A DNA stretch of 64,000 bases from positions 32,001-96,000 of IMG/VR virus record IMGVR_UViG_3300024999_000045. One strand, 5' to 3'. Positions 21,101 through 31,139 of this stretch are shown piece after piece (position 1 is the first letter of the stretch; the number at the start of each line of letters is the position of its first letter). The DNA comes from a virus. A program made the translations under genes and the position numbers. The notes beneath the pieces were generated by a model, which was not told the DNA's origin, did no database searches, and saw only the letters and a list, made by a program, of their open reading frames with translations.

Positions 21101-22642
21101 ACATCAGATGTATGGAAGTTTTTGAAAAATGATATTTTAACTGTTAGTGTTTGGGATATAATTTCTAAGACATATAAATTGTTAAATAAACCAATACCAA
21201 ATATAGAAGAATTAAAAATGCAATTAAATGATGATGTTTGGGAATTATATAAGAATAAAATAACTGCAACAATGAACCAAGTTAATACTGAATGGGCGAC
21301 TAATTTAGTAAGTAAATATTCACCAAAGTCTGTTGCAGAGTTAACAGCATATGTTGCTGCCATTCGTCCTTCATTCTCTTCTTTATTAAATGGTTTCTTA
21401 AATAGAGAAGAATATTCTACGGGAACACCAGAGCTAGATGAATTATTAGAATCTTCATTTAATTATCTTTTATATCAAGAAAATTTGATGCAATATTTTA
21501 CTTGGTTAGGAATAGAAGAAGATATAACTTATGATTTGATTAAAAAAATTGCAAAAAAGAAGTTAGATGAAAAAGAATTAGTTAAATTAGAAAAAGTTTT
21601 ACATAAAAATTGGATAGATAAAATAGGCAATGACGATAAATTTAAAGAAACTTGGCAAGTAATACAAAACAGTGCAGAATATGGGTTTAATGCAAGTCAT
21701 GCATTATCAGTAGCATTAGATAGTTTATATGGTGCAAATTTAAAAGCTAAATATCCATTAGAATATTATACTGTAATATTAAATATGTATGAAACCAATA
21801 CAGAAGAAACTGCTAAAATATTGTCTGAATTAAAATATTTTAATATTGAATTAAAAAACATTCAGTTTGGTAAGTCAAGGTCAGAATATTCATTTAATAA
21901 AGAATTAAATACAATTCACAAAAGTATATCTTCTATAAAATTCCTTAACGCAAAAATAGCAGATGAGTTATTTGAATTATCAAAAGAATATAAATATAAT
22001 AACTTTATAGAATTATTAAAAGATATAAAAGAAAAAACTAGTGTGAATTCAAGACAATTAAAAATACTAACTGGATTAAACTTTTTTAGTGAATTTGGTA
22101 AAAATAAAAAGTTACTTGAAATAACTGAATTGTTTGAAAATTTTTATGAAAGAAAACAGATTAAAATAAATGAGATTGAAAAATTACAGATAGATTTAAA
22201 TGTTTTAGAACGTTGTAGTAATAAACAAACTGAAAAATTATATAAAGAATTAGATATGGAAAAATATTTAAAAATTGTGATTAAAGATATTGAAGATAAA
22301 GCACTTTCGATTAAAGATGAAGTAAAATTTCAAATGGAATATCTTGAATATACTGAATATACCAATGAAAAAATTGAAAGTAATATGTATATTGTTATAG
22401 AACATAAGACTTTTCAGGATAAAAGTAAACCATATATAACTTTAAAACAAATTAAAACTGGTCTAGAAATAAAGACTAAGGTAAAAAATTCTAAATTATT
22501 TATTGAAAATCAATTTAAATTATTTGATATTTTAAAAATTGATAAGTTTAAAATTCAAAAGAAGAAAAAAAATATTGGTGGAAATAATTGGGTTGAAACC
22601 GATGAAGATGAACAAATTTTAGATATATGGGAGGTGTTTTAG
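18197..22642 (+). CDS. dnaE: DNA polymerase III alpha subunit, intein-containing
   Basis: PHP domain HKHDHYS/TTNHG/GNDSHY; GRG|SA motif split by an intein; SMPDIDFN; KNDIL; YGFNASHA. Confidence 0.95.
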   Translation: MIYNNYHKHDHYSNTRTPDVIVKPEDYISRLLELGHTHYFTTNHGCSGNVFEAYDLCKKNDLKMVYGMEMYYVDDRFEKNRKNFHIIVIGLTKNAYYHINRISSEANKTGFYYHPRVDRELLLSLPKDEVIITTACINNRIFGGENGIEEFLIPLKEHFNNNFLLEVQNHNHQIQIEWNKKILELSKKYSISIIHGNDSHYIYPEQSKDRVEFLKGKGMNYGDEDSFILDFPNYETILNRYKNQGVLNDEQIYQSLENTLIFDKAEDLNFTKEIKMPTIYPNLTPHERLLKLKDIIVDKWNKESKNIPINEHKKYKEAIKFEMKILKETNEVKTSDYFLINEKIIDIGVNKYDGILTRTGRGCFTEDALVHTKNTLKSIKDIKIGDEVITKDGKFNKVINTMAYDVNEKLIQIKHLYGTDKYYPTICTSDHKILINRNGKVEWIAAKNIIKSDFVCVPKIKSQSILPGYIDLNNYNIFGYEFDEKYIYEYSPYINNEYTYSPTEVSRTIGVGKSVFEKFANGDKNVLTNKKYWAREKFFELFPFNTQEDYVKYIKQKRTKKINRYIKLDKTFNQFIGLMYGDGFAPKNRPYTIGLAINNTTKKDEINRKIFFEIAYKFNIDVYENKSKIKKLSQLTINSNIISRFIRADLFISQQNKEKQFNNKWFNQDKNNLIGIIEGLRFSDGSFPCENQTDRRINFDNTSKSIVNAYKILCLMTDEGINSLNVRPSWLDKSNYKCKESYKLRINKNSDDAKKITERTFQDDNYWYLPIKEVVFLPKQKTKVYDITVENEHNYLLNNMIVHNSAVSFYINKLLGFTEVDRLKADVPLYPTRFMSVSRVLGTKSMPDIDFNTANPEPFIKASKDVLGEDGVYYMIAYGTMKESGAFRNLCRARGMEVQEYNEVAKDLEKYINDSKWKDLIEESKKFIGVIDSISPSPCSFLLLDKPISKEIGLIRVGNEICCCIDGYTSDVWKFLKNDILTVSVWDIISKTYKLLNKPIPNIEELKMQLNDDVWELYKNKITATMNQVNTEWATNLVSKYSPKSVAELTAYVAAIRPSFSSLLNGFLNREEYSTGTPELDELLESSFNYLLYQENLMQYFTWLGIEEDITYDLIKKIAKKKLDEKELVKLEKVLHKNWIDKIGNDDKFKETWQVIQNSAEYGFNASHALSVALDSLYGANLKAKYPLEYYTVILNMYETNTEETAKILSELKYFNIELKNIQFGKSRSEYSFNKELNTIHKSISSIKFLNAKIADELFELSKEYKYNNFIELLKDIKEKTSVNSRQLKILTGLNFFSEFGKNKKLLEITELFENFYERKQIKINEIEKLQIDLNVLERCSNKQTEKLYKELDMEKYLKIVIKDIEDKALSIKDEVKFQMEYLEYTEYTNEKIESNMYIVIEHKTFQDKSKPYITLKQIKTGLEIKTKVKNSKLFIENQFKLFDILKIDKFKIQKKKKNIGGNNWVETDEDEQILDIWEVF
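19283..20608 (+). mobile_element. intein (442 aa, LAGLIDADG) in DnaE
   Basis: Begins CFTEDALVHT after GRG; ends YDITVENEHNYLLNNMIVHN before Ser; endonuclease motifs FIGLMYGDG and IIEGLRFSDG. Confidence 0.95.
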
Positions 22643-25600
22643 TGACAGAAAATATTATTGAGTTTGAGTGTGTGCCCGAAATATTAGTACATAACTCTGA
22701 GAATTACAAGATATATGGTGTTTCAGTTAATACAGATATATATAAAAATATTAAGATCAATAAGTATGGAAATGCAACTATTGTAGGTGATATCCATGAT
22801 TTGGGGATAGGTATAAATTATCAAGTAAAAGCAATTGAAGAAAGCAATAAGTTTGGAATAAGTTATAAAGTAATGAATATAAGAAGAGACGTACCAGTAA
22901 ATTCTGATTCAACAAGAACTTTTTTATCTGAAATTCTTACACCAATACAAGTTGATTCTATATTAAATGCTTATCCTGATATAATAGATAGAGTTATTAA
23001 AGGAAAAACAGATGATATTGACCTACAAAAAACACCACATATTAAAGAATATATATTTAATGTTATAAAAAGAAAGATAACCGAAAATTTTGTTTTTGCA
23101 GAATTAGTAGATACATTTAAAGGTTTAATAGACTTTAATACATTAAAGAAACTTTATGAGAAATATCCTTCATCAACACAGATTAAAAAAGCATTAAAAA
23201 CTCAACCTTATGAAAGTCTCTGCAAACTTTCTAGAGTTGGATTTAAAAGAGCAGATAGTATATTACTTGCTTATGATTTAGAATCAAAAGAATCTCTTAA
23301 AAAAGGTGAAGAAATACCATTTATATTCGAATTTGATTTAAAAACTTCTAAACAAAGAGGAAAATCGGCTTTAATGTATTTATTAGAAGAAAATGAGTCT
23401 AGTGGTAATACAAGAATTAGTCTATCAGAGACAAAAAATCAGTATGATAAATTGGTTCCAGCTTGTAAAGAACACTTTATTGATATAATAAAAACTGAAG
23501 AAGATATATATTTAGATAAAAATACTAAATGTTTGGCTTTAAAATCAACTTATGATATTGAAAGATATATTTCTGATAGAATTTTAGAAGGTTTAAAAAT
23601 TAAAAATGTTTGGGAATTTGATTGTGAAAAATATAGAATATTTGAAGAAATTTCATTAATAGATGAACAGACTAGTATTTTGTATAAAATATGTAATAAT
23701 AATGTTAGTATTCTTAATGGGTCAGCCGGATGTGTCGATTGTGATACAGAATATTTTAATGGTTTTCAGTGGAAAAAAATATCTGAATATAATGGTGAGA
23801 ATGTTTTACAATACAATAAAGACGGAACTGCAAATTTAATCAAACCATCTTTATACCATAAATATCCAGAAAAAGATTTTTGTTTTATAAATAATACGTC
23901 GGGTTCAATAAATCAAGTTTTATCGCCGGAACATAATATAGTTTATTTAACCAGTAGACAAAACATAAACATAATAACATTAGAAGAAATGCTTAGAAGG
24001 CATAATGAAAGTCCTTTGGGATTTAGTGGTAAATTTATTACAACTTTTAAATATAATGGAGAAGGAATTGATTTGAGCAACGAAGAAATCAAGCTTATGA
24101 TGGCAGTAATTTGTGATGGTCATTTTGCAAGTAATACTAACTTATGCAGAATAAATTTAAAAAAGCAAAGAAAAAAAGATAAATTAGAAAAAATATTAAA
24201 TGATTTGGGAATTAATTATAAAAAAACAATAAGTTCTACGGAAGGATATCATGTTTATAGTTTTATTTCGCCAAGAAGAGAAAAGTTTTTTTCTGAATAT
24301 TGGTATAAATGCTCAAAAGAACAGTTGTCGATTATAACAAACGAAGTTTTATTTTGGGACGGTGCAGTTGATAAAATGGGAAGAAAAAGTTTTTCAACAT
24401 CCAATAAGCTTACCGCTGACTTTATTCAATTTGCATTTAGTGCTTGTGGATATAGAAGCACAATAAATATCCGTGATAGAAGAGGCGAATCTAAAATTAA
24501 TAATTCTAATGGAAAAGAATATATTAGGAAATCTATTGAATACACAGTGATTATATGTAAAAACCTAAACTCAAGTGTAAGTATATGCGCTAGAGCACCT
24601 AAAGAAAAATGTATAATAGAGAAATATGAATCAATAGACAATTATAAATATTGTTTTACAGTACCTTCTGGAATGTTAGTTTTAAGAAGAAATGATAAAA
24701 TATTTATTACAGGTAATTGTGGAAAGTCACAAACAACAAAAGCAGTTATCAACCTATTAAAAGACAATAATAAATCATTTAAACTACTTTCTCCAACTGG
24801 TAGAGCTGCAAAAGTTCTACAAGGATATACTGGTGAACAAACATCTACTATACATAGAGGTTTAGGTTATCAAGGAGAAGATAATTGGACTTATAATGAA
24901 AACAAAAAATTAGATTATGACATAATTATTGTAGATGAAGTCTCTATGGTTGACATATTTTTAATGGAAAAGTTATTAAAAGCAATAGATTTTTCTAAAA
25001 CAAAACTTTTATTAGTTGGAGATGGGTTCCAAATACCTTCGGTTGGTGCAGGAAATGTTCTTTTCGACTTATCAAACTCTGAAATTATTCCTATTACCAC
25101 TCTTACAAAAGTTTTTAGGTTTGGTGAAGGTGGAAAAATGACTGTTGCAACTATGACAAGACTTGGTGATAAATTCATTAAAGATGAACAGTCAGAATTA
25201 ACCACTTTTGGTGATGATAAAGATTATGTATATATGCCATTAAGACAAACAGAAATGTTGAAAAATGTTAAAGCATTATATAGTAAACTTTTGACAAAAG
25301 GTAAAAAACCAGAAGATATTTTAATTTTATCCTCATATAATAAAGGTGAATATGGTTCTATAGCCATAAACAATGAAGTTCAAAAAATAGCAAACCCTAA
25401 TTATATGAGGTCTAAAAGTATTAAACATGGTGAAACAGTATATTATGAAGATGATTTAGTAATACAATTAGTTAATAATTATAAGGCCAAACCATATATA
25501 GAAAATGATACTCTTAATGATTTTGATACTATTCAAATTGATGAAGAATTTATAGATGAAGATGAAGAAATTTTCATACCTAATGGTGAAATAGGAAAAA

Positions 25601-25923
25601 TAGTTAAAATAAAAGGTAATTATATGGTTATTAAATTTGATAATGAATTAATTAAATATACTATTGGTGAATTAAACCAAATCAAACTAGCATATTGTAT
25701 AACACTTCACAAATCTCAAGGGGGATCCGTGAATACAGTTATATTATTAACACCTAAATCTCATACTTATATGTTGAATGCAAATTTACTATATGTAGGT
25801 CAAACTAGAGCAACAGATAAAGTTTATCACTTTGGAGAACCTAAAACTGTAAATTTGGCAATAAAAAAGAAAGCTAACTTTGATAGAAAGACATTTTTAA
25901 GAGATATGATGGTTAAAGTTTAA
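22642..25923 (+). CDS. recD2: RecD2-like SF1B helicase, intein-containing
   Basis: HhH N-terminal region; Walker A GSAG|CGKS split by an intein; IIVDEVSMVD, VGDGFQIPSV, LAYCITLHKSQG, YVGQTRA; GGAGGTG RBS favours GTG 22642. Confidence 0.9.
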   Translation: MTENIIEFECVPEILVHNSENYKIYGVSVNTDIYKNIKINKYGNATIVGDIHDLGIGINYQVKAIEESNKFGISYKVMNIRRDVPVNSDSTRTFLSEILTPIQVDSILNAYPDIIDRVIKGKTDDIDLQKTPHIKEYIFNVIKRKITENFVFAELVDTFKGLIDFNTLKKLYEKYPSSTQIKKALKTQPYESLCKLSRVGFKRADSILLAYDLESKESLKKGEEIPFIFEFDLKTSKQRGKSALMYLLEENESSGNTRISLSETKNQYDKLVPACKEHFIDIIKTEEDIYLDKNTKCLALKSTYDIERYISDRILEGLKIKNVWEFDCEKYRIFEEISLIDEQTSILYKICNNNVSILNGSAGCVDCDTEYFNGFQWKKISEYNGENVLQYNKDGTANLIKPSLYHKYPEKDFCFINNTSGSINQVLSPEHNIVYLTSRQNINIITLEEMLRRHNESPLGFSGKFITTFKYNGEGIDLSNEEIKLMMAVICDGHFASNTNLCRINLKKQRKKDKLEKILNDLGINYKKTISSTEGYHVYSFISPRREKFFSEYWYKCSKEQLSIITNEVLFWDGAVDKMGRKSFSTSNKLTADFIQFAFSACGYRSTINIRDRRGESKINNSNGKEYIRKSIEYTVIICKNLNSSVSICARAPKEKCIIEKYESIDNYKYCFTVPSGMLVLRRNDKIFITGNCGKSQTTKAVINLLKDNNKSFKLLSPTGRAAKVLQGYTGEQTSTIHRGLGYQGEDNWTYNENKKLDYDIIIVDEVSMVDIFLMEKLLKAIDFSKTKLLLVGDGFQIPSVGAGNVLFDLSNSEIIPITTLTKVFRFGEGGKMTVATMTRLGDKFIKDEQSELTTFGDDKDYVYMPLRQTEMLKNVKALYSKLLTKGKKPEDILILSSYNKGEYGSIAINNEVQKIANPNYMRSKSIKHGETVYYEDDLVIQLVNNYKAKPYIENDTLNDFDTIQIDEEFIDEDEEIFIPNGEIGKIVKIKGNYMVIKFDNELIKYTIGELNQIKLAYCITLHKSQGGSVNTVILLTPKSHTYMLNANLLYVGQTRATDKVYHFGEPKTVNLAIKKKANFDRKTFLRDMMVKV
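23731..24717 (+). mobile_element. intein (329 aa, LAGLIDADG) in the RecD2 Walker A motif
   Basis: Begins CVDCDTEYFNG; ends YCFTVPSGMLVLRRNDKIFITGN before Cys; MAVICDG and LFWDG motifs. Confidence 0.93.
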
Positions 25924-25986
25924 TTAATTTAATATTTATTGTATAAAACATAAATATAATAACAAATCATACCCAAGGAGGTCAAA

Positions 25987-26175
25987 ATGAAGCAAAATTC
26001 ACCAATACTAATTGCACAGTTAGAAAACGCAAATGCGAGCATAAATTTAGCACTTTCTGAAATCAAGAATGTAGTGGTACCAAGGGTTACAGGGTTCGAA
26101 TATTTAGATAAAATCACCATTTTATTGAAACACTCAGAAAATGTCATAAATAACGTCATAGAGCAATTAAAATAA
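25987..26175 (+). CDS. hypothetical protein
   Basis: GGAGG RBS; ORF track. Confidence 0.6.
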   Translation: MKQNSPILIAQLENANASINLALSEIKNVVVPRVTGFEYLDKITILLKHSENVINNVIEQLK

Positions 26176-26180
26176 CTAAT

Positions 26181-28628
26181 TTGGAGGAATTTGAGATGAA
26201 AATTGAAAATCCAGTCTTATACAGTATATGGGAAGATAGATATAAGAAAAATAATGAATCTTTAGATGATAATTTAAAACGTGTTGCAAAATATTGTTCA
26301 TATAATGAAGAAGAAGAAAAAAGTTTTTATGAGATGATGGATAAAGGTTTGTTTTTTCCAGCAGGTAGAACAATGAGTAATGCTGGTATTGGAATGGATT
26401 TAACTTTAAATAATTGTTTCGTTGCTCCACAAATAAAAGATAATTTAGATGATATATTTTCAAAAGTTGCTTTAGGAGCTAAAACACATCAAAGAGGTGG
26501 TGGAATTGGTTATGATTTTAGTCAACTAAGACCTAATGGTAGCCCAACATCTAATGACGCAATAGCTTCTGGATCAGTAAGTTTTATGGATGTTTTTAAC
26601 GCACAAACTTCGACGATATTGCAAGGGAATAGACGTGGAGCGAATATGGGAGTTATGAATATATATTCTATGGATATTGAAGAATTCATAACTTCAAAGT
26701 CAAAAGATGCAAATAAGTTAAATCATTTTAACATCTCAGTAATGGTAGACGATGATTTTATGATTGCCAAAAATAATAATCAAGATATAGAATTGCATTT
26801 CCCAGTATATGATGAAAATGGGAATATATTAAAAGATGAATCTAAATGGAAATACAAAAAAAGTATAAATGCTAAATATTTATGGGATTTAATAATACAA
26901 AATGCTTATAACACAGGGGAGCCAGGAGTATTCTACTACAATAATATGAATAATGATAATAATTTATGGTATATTGAAAAAATAGTTTGTAGCAATCCTT
27001 GTGCTGAATATTTAGCAGGAACAATATATGGTAAAAATCCACAAACTGGTAAAATATTAAATGCAAATGATTTCGGTGGAGCATGTAATTTAGGCAGCTT
27101 AATGTTACATAATTTTGTAGATAATGCTTTTAAAGAAAATGCAGTAATTAATTATGCATTATTAGAAAAAAGTATTGGTCATGCTGTGAGATTTTTAGAT
27201 AATATAATAGATATAAATAAATATCCAGATGAAATATATAAAAACTATCAAACTAATTTTAGAACAATAGGATTAGGTATAACTGGCTTAGCAAATATGT
27301 TAGTTATGCTTAATATAAAATATGGTTCAATTGAATCATTAGAATTTATAGATAAATTAATGAACTTTATAACTAAAAATATATACAAAGCATCAATTAA
27401 TTTAGCAAAAGAAAAGGGAAGTTTTAATTTTCTAGATAAAGATAAATTTATCCAAAGTCAATTTATTACTAAACATATTAAAATTGATCCAGAGTGGAAT
27501 GAAATACTTGAAGATATTAAAATATATGGAATTAGAAATTCAAAAATGATATCAGTAGCTCCTACTGGAACAATGAGTTTAACTTATGGTGGTAATTGCT
27601 CTTCTGGATTAGAACCAATTTTTAGTTTATCATATGAAAGAAAGGTTAAAATTGGAAGTCAATCAGATGAAGATATTCAAATAGTAAAAATGGAAGATTA
27701 TTCATATAAATTATGGCAAGAAGTTAAAGATGGAAATATAGTAGAAAAAAATAAATTTGCAACAGCTATGGATTTAACGGTTAAAGAACATTTGGAAATG
27801 TTAAAAACAATCAATTTTCATGTTGATATGTCTTCAAGTAAAACAATTAATATACCAATTAATTATTCTTTTGAAGACACAAAATTAGTATATGATTATT
27901 GTTGGGAAAATGGAGTAAAAGGATGCACTATTTTTAGACCAAATGAAATTAGACAAGGTATTTTAATGACTGATGTAAAAAAAGAAGATAAAGATGAAGA
28001 AAAAATTGTTGAAAAAACAAGTTATTCTCTCCAACGTGGAGATATACTTTTAACAGATGATGGTTTAATTGGTAGAAAGAGAAAATTAACTACTGGGTGT
28101 GGATCTTTACACATGACGGCATTTTTTGAGGCTTCAACTGGGGAATTTTTGGAATTGTTTTTATCAAAAGGGTCTTCAGGAGGATGTAATAATACACTTA
28201 CTGGGTTATCAAGAATGGTTTCTTTAGCAGCAAGAGGCGGAATAGATATACATTCTATAATCGACCAATTAAAAAGTAGTGGCACTTGCCCATCTTATGC
28301 TGTTAGAAAAGCATTAAAAAATGATACATCTATAGGAAGTAGTTGCCCAATTGCAGTTGGAATGGCTCTATTAGAAATGCATAAAGAGATACAAGAAGAA
28401 ATTGATGATGAAGAGTTTATTGAAGAAGTAAAATTTGTTAGTATTAAGGAGCCTAGTAACGTAAAAGAAGAAATTTTTTCACAAGAACAACTTGAAAAAA
28501 TAAAAAAATATGGGGAAATTAGTTTTGCTAAAGAATATAATATTTGCCCAAGATGTGCAACAAAACTAAATCATGTAGAGGGTTGTATTTCTTGTTTATC
28601 TGGGTGTGGTTGGTCAAAATGTGATTAA
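26181..28628 (+). CDS. nrdJ: class II (adenosylcobalamin-dependent) ribonucleotide reductase
   Basis: FPAGR, NNCF, GGGIG, RRGANMG, SNPCAE, CNLGS, VAPTGT; C-terminal TSCPD-like domain and Cys-rich tail. Confidence 0.93.
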   Translation: MEEFEMKIENPVLYSIWEDRYKKNNESLDDNLKRVAKYCSYNEEEEKSFYEMMDKGLFFPAGRTMSNAGIGMDLTLNNCFVAPQIKDNLDDIFSKVALGAKTHQRGGGIGYDFSQLRPNGSPTSNDAIASGSVSFMDVFNAQTSTILQGNRRGANMGVMNIYSMDIEEFITSKSKDANKLNHFNISVMVDDDFMIAKNNNQDIELHFPVYDENGNILKDESKWKYKKSINAKYLWDLIIQNAYNTGEPGVFYYNNMNNDNNLWYIEKIVCSNPCAEYLAGTIYGKNPQTGKILNANDFGGACNLGSLMLHNFVDNAFKENAVINYALLEKSIGHAVRFLDNIIDINKYPDEIYKNYQTNFRTIGLGITGLANMLVMLNIKYGSIESLEFIDKLMNFITKNIYKASINLAKEKGSFNFLDKDKFIQSQFITKHIKIDPEWNEILEDIKIYGIRNSKMISVAPTGTMSLTYGGNCSSGLEPIFSLSYERKVKIGSQSDEDIQIVKMEDYSYKLWQEVKDGNIVEKNKFATAMDLTVKEHLEMLKTINFHVDMSSSKTINIPINYSFEDTKLVYDYCWENGVKGCTIFRPNEIRQGILMTDVKKEDKDEEKIVEKTSYSLQRGDILLTDDGLIGRKRKLTTGCGSLHMTAFFEASTGEFLELFLSKGSSGGCNNTLTGLSRMVSLAARGGIDIHSIIDQLKSSGTCPSYAVRKALKNDTSIGSSCPIAVGMALLEMHKEIQEEIDDEEFIEEVKFVSIKEPSNVKEEIFSQEQLEKIKKYGEISFAKEYNICPRCATKLNHVEGCISCLSGCGWSKCD

Positions 28629-28858
28629 GGGTGAGCAGATATGCATGGTGATTGGGATAGTAGAGACCCTACACAAGACCAAAAGCAATGGCAAAATAAA
28701 TGGGTGTTGTGGGAATTATTAATTTTAAGAAGAAATAATGGAAGTAATAAAAAACAAAACGTAAAAAATACACTTCACCCTATTTTAATTTTAAATAAAA
28801 GAGCATTAAATTTAAAAAAGAATAATTAAATATAATTATAATAACAAAGGAGAATATA

Positions 28859-29422
28859 ATGAGAAAATTTGAAATAGCAAAAGGTTTTGAAGACCAAAAT
28901 ATCAATATTCCTACTAGAGCAACAAAAAACTCAGCAGGTTATGATTTTGAATGTGCAGAAGATATAATTATACCGTCTTATTTTGAGTTGATTAATGATT
29001 ATAATGATATTTTTAATAGTGGAGATATGTTAGAAATGATAACAGCTTCTTCATTACGAGATTATTTAGAAGGATTAGAAGAAAAACGAAAAAGCTTTAA
29101 TATAAAGCCCACTCTTGTAAAAACAGGCATTAAGGTACTTATGGGTAGTGATGAAGGTTTATATTTATATAATAGATCAGGTAACCCTTTGAAAAAAGGA
29201 TTAGTATTGGCAAACGGGGTTGGTATTATAGATTCCGACTATTATAACAACTCCGATAATGATGGACATATAATGTTTCAATTTTATAATTTTTCTCCTG
29301 AAGAGGTTGTTATTAATAAAGGAGAACGTATTGGACAAGGAGTTTTTCAAAAATTCTTATCAGTAGACAATGATAATGCAGACGGCGAGAGAACTAGTGG
29401 TTTTGGAAGTACAGGAATTTAA
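28859..29422 (+). CDS. dut: dUTPase
   Basis: PTRATKNSAGYDF, NRSG, GIIDSDYY, GERIGQG, RTSGFGSTG. Confidence 0.95.
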   Translation: MRKFEIAKGFEDQNINIPTRATKNSAGYDFECAEDIIIPSYFELINDYNDIFNSGDMLEMITASSLRDYLEGLEEKRKSFNIKPTLVKTGIKVLMGSDEGLYLYNRSGNPLKKGLVLANGVGIIDSDYYNNSDNDGHIMFQFYNFSPEEVVINKGERIGQGVFQKFLSVDNDNADGERTSGFGSTGI

Positions 29423-29544
29423 ATAAAACACAAATTTTAAATAAAGTCGGGTGTATGCATAGGGTGTAGACTATAATACGGGTGGCATACAAAAATAATA
29501 GTGTTGGCAGCTATTCATATTAAAAATAGAAATGAGGAATCTAA

Positions 29545-29778
29545 ATGTTCCAAAAAGGTGATAGATTTAAGTTTCCAACTGGAGTTATTCATGAAGTGAT
29601 TACCGTTTCTACAAAGAAAGGTAAAAACTTATATGGATTTATAGACTTTAAACATCTCATACCAGAAGAAGATTTGATGACATATAAACAGATAATTTAT
29701 AATCAAGCAGACATAAAAGCTATTAATAAAGACAGTCAACCCAAGAAAAAACGTAGACGACGAACAATCAAAAAATAA
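29545..29778 (+). CDS. hypothetical protein with basic C-terminus
   Basis: GAGG RBS; ORF track. Confidence 0.65.
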   Translation: MFQKGDRFKFPTGVIHEVITVSTKKGKNLYGFIDFKHLIPEEDLMTYKQIIYNQADIKAINKDSQPKKKRRRRTIKK

Positions 29779-29792
29779 AGTAATTCACGTCA

Positions 29793-29821
29793 TTGACAAG
29801 ACAAAATATTTAGTATATAAT
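29793..29821 (+). promoter_or_regulatory. consensus sigma-A promoter (copy 2 of the duplicated element)
   Basis: TTGACA 29793-29798, 17 bp spacer, TATAAT 29816-29821; flanks identical to those at 3121-3178. Confidence 0.85.
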
Positions 29822-29940
29822 ATAAACATAATAACAATTACATTAAATTCTAAATCCAAGGTGTGAATATGACAGATAAAATAAATATATTTAAAACCAA
29901 CACATTCTACATACAAGAGCAACTTAAATGGAGGAATAAC

Positions 29941-30192
29941 ATGAAAATAGTAAATCAGATGGAAAATTACACAAAATCAGAAATACTTAATAATATTCAA
30001 GGTAAAATGCATCAAAAAGAATTTAACAATTTAATTCTAAATGGCGAGAATAAAAAAGACAATAGTACAGAATTAAAACAAGAGCATTTGATCCTAAATA
30101 ATGTAAGAATGAACATTAAACAAAATTATACTCCTTGTGCTAACTGGCAAGTAGCTAAACAAACAGGATTAAATCTTAATCTAAAGGTGTAA
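29941..30192 (+). CDS. hypothetical protein
   Basis: GGAGG RBS favours ATG 29941. Confidence 0.6.
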   Translation: MKIVNQMENYTKSEILNNIQGKMHQKEFNNLILNGENKKDNSTELKQEHLILNNVRMNIKQNYTPCANWQVAKQTGLNLNLKV

Positions 30193-30194
30193 TT

Positions 30195-30419
30195 ATGGAT
30201 AATATGGCAAATAGAGATAAGTTTATTCAAGGTATTAAAACATTAGAAGTAGATAAACTTTTAACATATCCAAAACAAATAAGAATGAATAGCAGAACAT
30301 TTAGTAAAATTACTGGAATAACTAATCATTATACTGACGCAAATGGATTAATAGGTAATTACTGGACAATTAAAGTATATATTGATGATAGTGTTAAAGG
30401 TTATAATTTTGTATTTTAA
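30195..30419 (+). CDS. hypothetical protein
   Basis: ORF track; AAGGTG RBS. Confidence 0.65.
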   Translation: MDNMANRDKFIQGIKTLEVDKLLTYPKQIRMNSRTFSKITGITNHYTDANGLIGNYWTIKVYIDDSVKGYNFVF

Positions 30420-30624
30420 TATAAACATAATATGAGGTGTTAATATGTTATTTAGCATTTTTAAATCAGACAAAGAAAAAATATTACGAAAAGCAAGCAA
30501 GAATTGGGATTATTGGGATAGAAAAGTTAGAGAATATAATGAATTAGCTGATAATGCAGTACAAAAAAGACATGAATGTGGTGATATAATGGATAACTAT
30601 TATAAAAGTGGCAGGAGGTAAACA

Positions 30625-30939
30625 ATGATAAAGATAAACTATAAAGAAGTAACAGTAGAAAAAATCTTACAAACAATAAATAAATATTGCTTGCATAATT
30701 ATGTAACAGTGGCAGAACAAATACATAAATTATATACAGGAAATGAAAAAGAAATAGAAAGCATAGAGATAGACATACCACATTACAAACATAGAATATA
30801 TATTTATAAAGAACATGAAAATGAAATAGATTTTGGTATCGAAAAAATGAATGAAGAAAACGAAGCCTATGGAATGAGTTTTACTAAAGAAGAAGCAAAG
30901 GAACTAGCAAACAATATATTAAAAATGTGTGGTGAGTAG
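30625..30939 (+). CDS. hypothetical protein
   Basis: AGGAGG RBS. Confidence 0.7.
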   Translation: MIKINYKEVTVEKILQTINKYCLHNYVTVAEQIHKLYTGNEKEIESIEIDIPHYKHRIYIYKEHENEIDFGIEKMNEENEAYGMSFTKEEAKELANNILKMCGE

Positions 30940-30941
30940 AT

Positions 30942-31139
30942 ATGGAAAAGGAAAAAAGTTTGGCACTATTAGATAAATGTATTAATGAATTACGTAATAT
31001 GACACAGGAAAAATTTGATGAAAAAGATTTTAAAGTACAAGAAATGGCGCAAATAAAAGAACGTGTAGAAAACTTAGAAGAAGAATTATATAAATTAAAA
31101 GTTGGCGTTAAAGAGTTTGCGCGTATGCTTGAAAATTAA
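30942..31139 (+). CDS. hypothetical coiled-coil protein
   Basis: ORF track. Confidence 0.6.
   Translation: MEKEKSLALLDKCINELRNMTQEKFDEKDFKVQEMAQIKERVENLEEELYKLKVGVKEFARMLEN

Noticed and set aside
28641-28829. 62-aa ORF between nrdJ and dut
   Set aside because: No convincing RBS or motif; it may be a remnant, so it was left uncalled.
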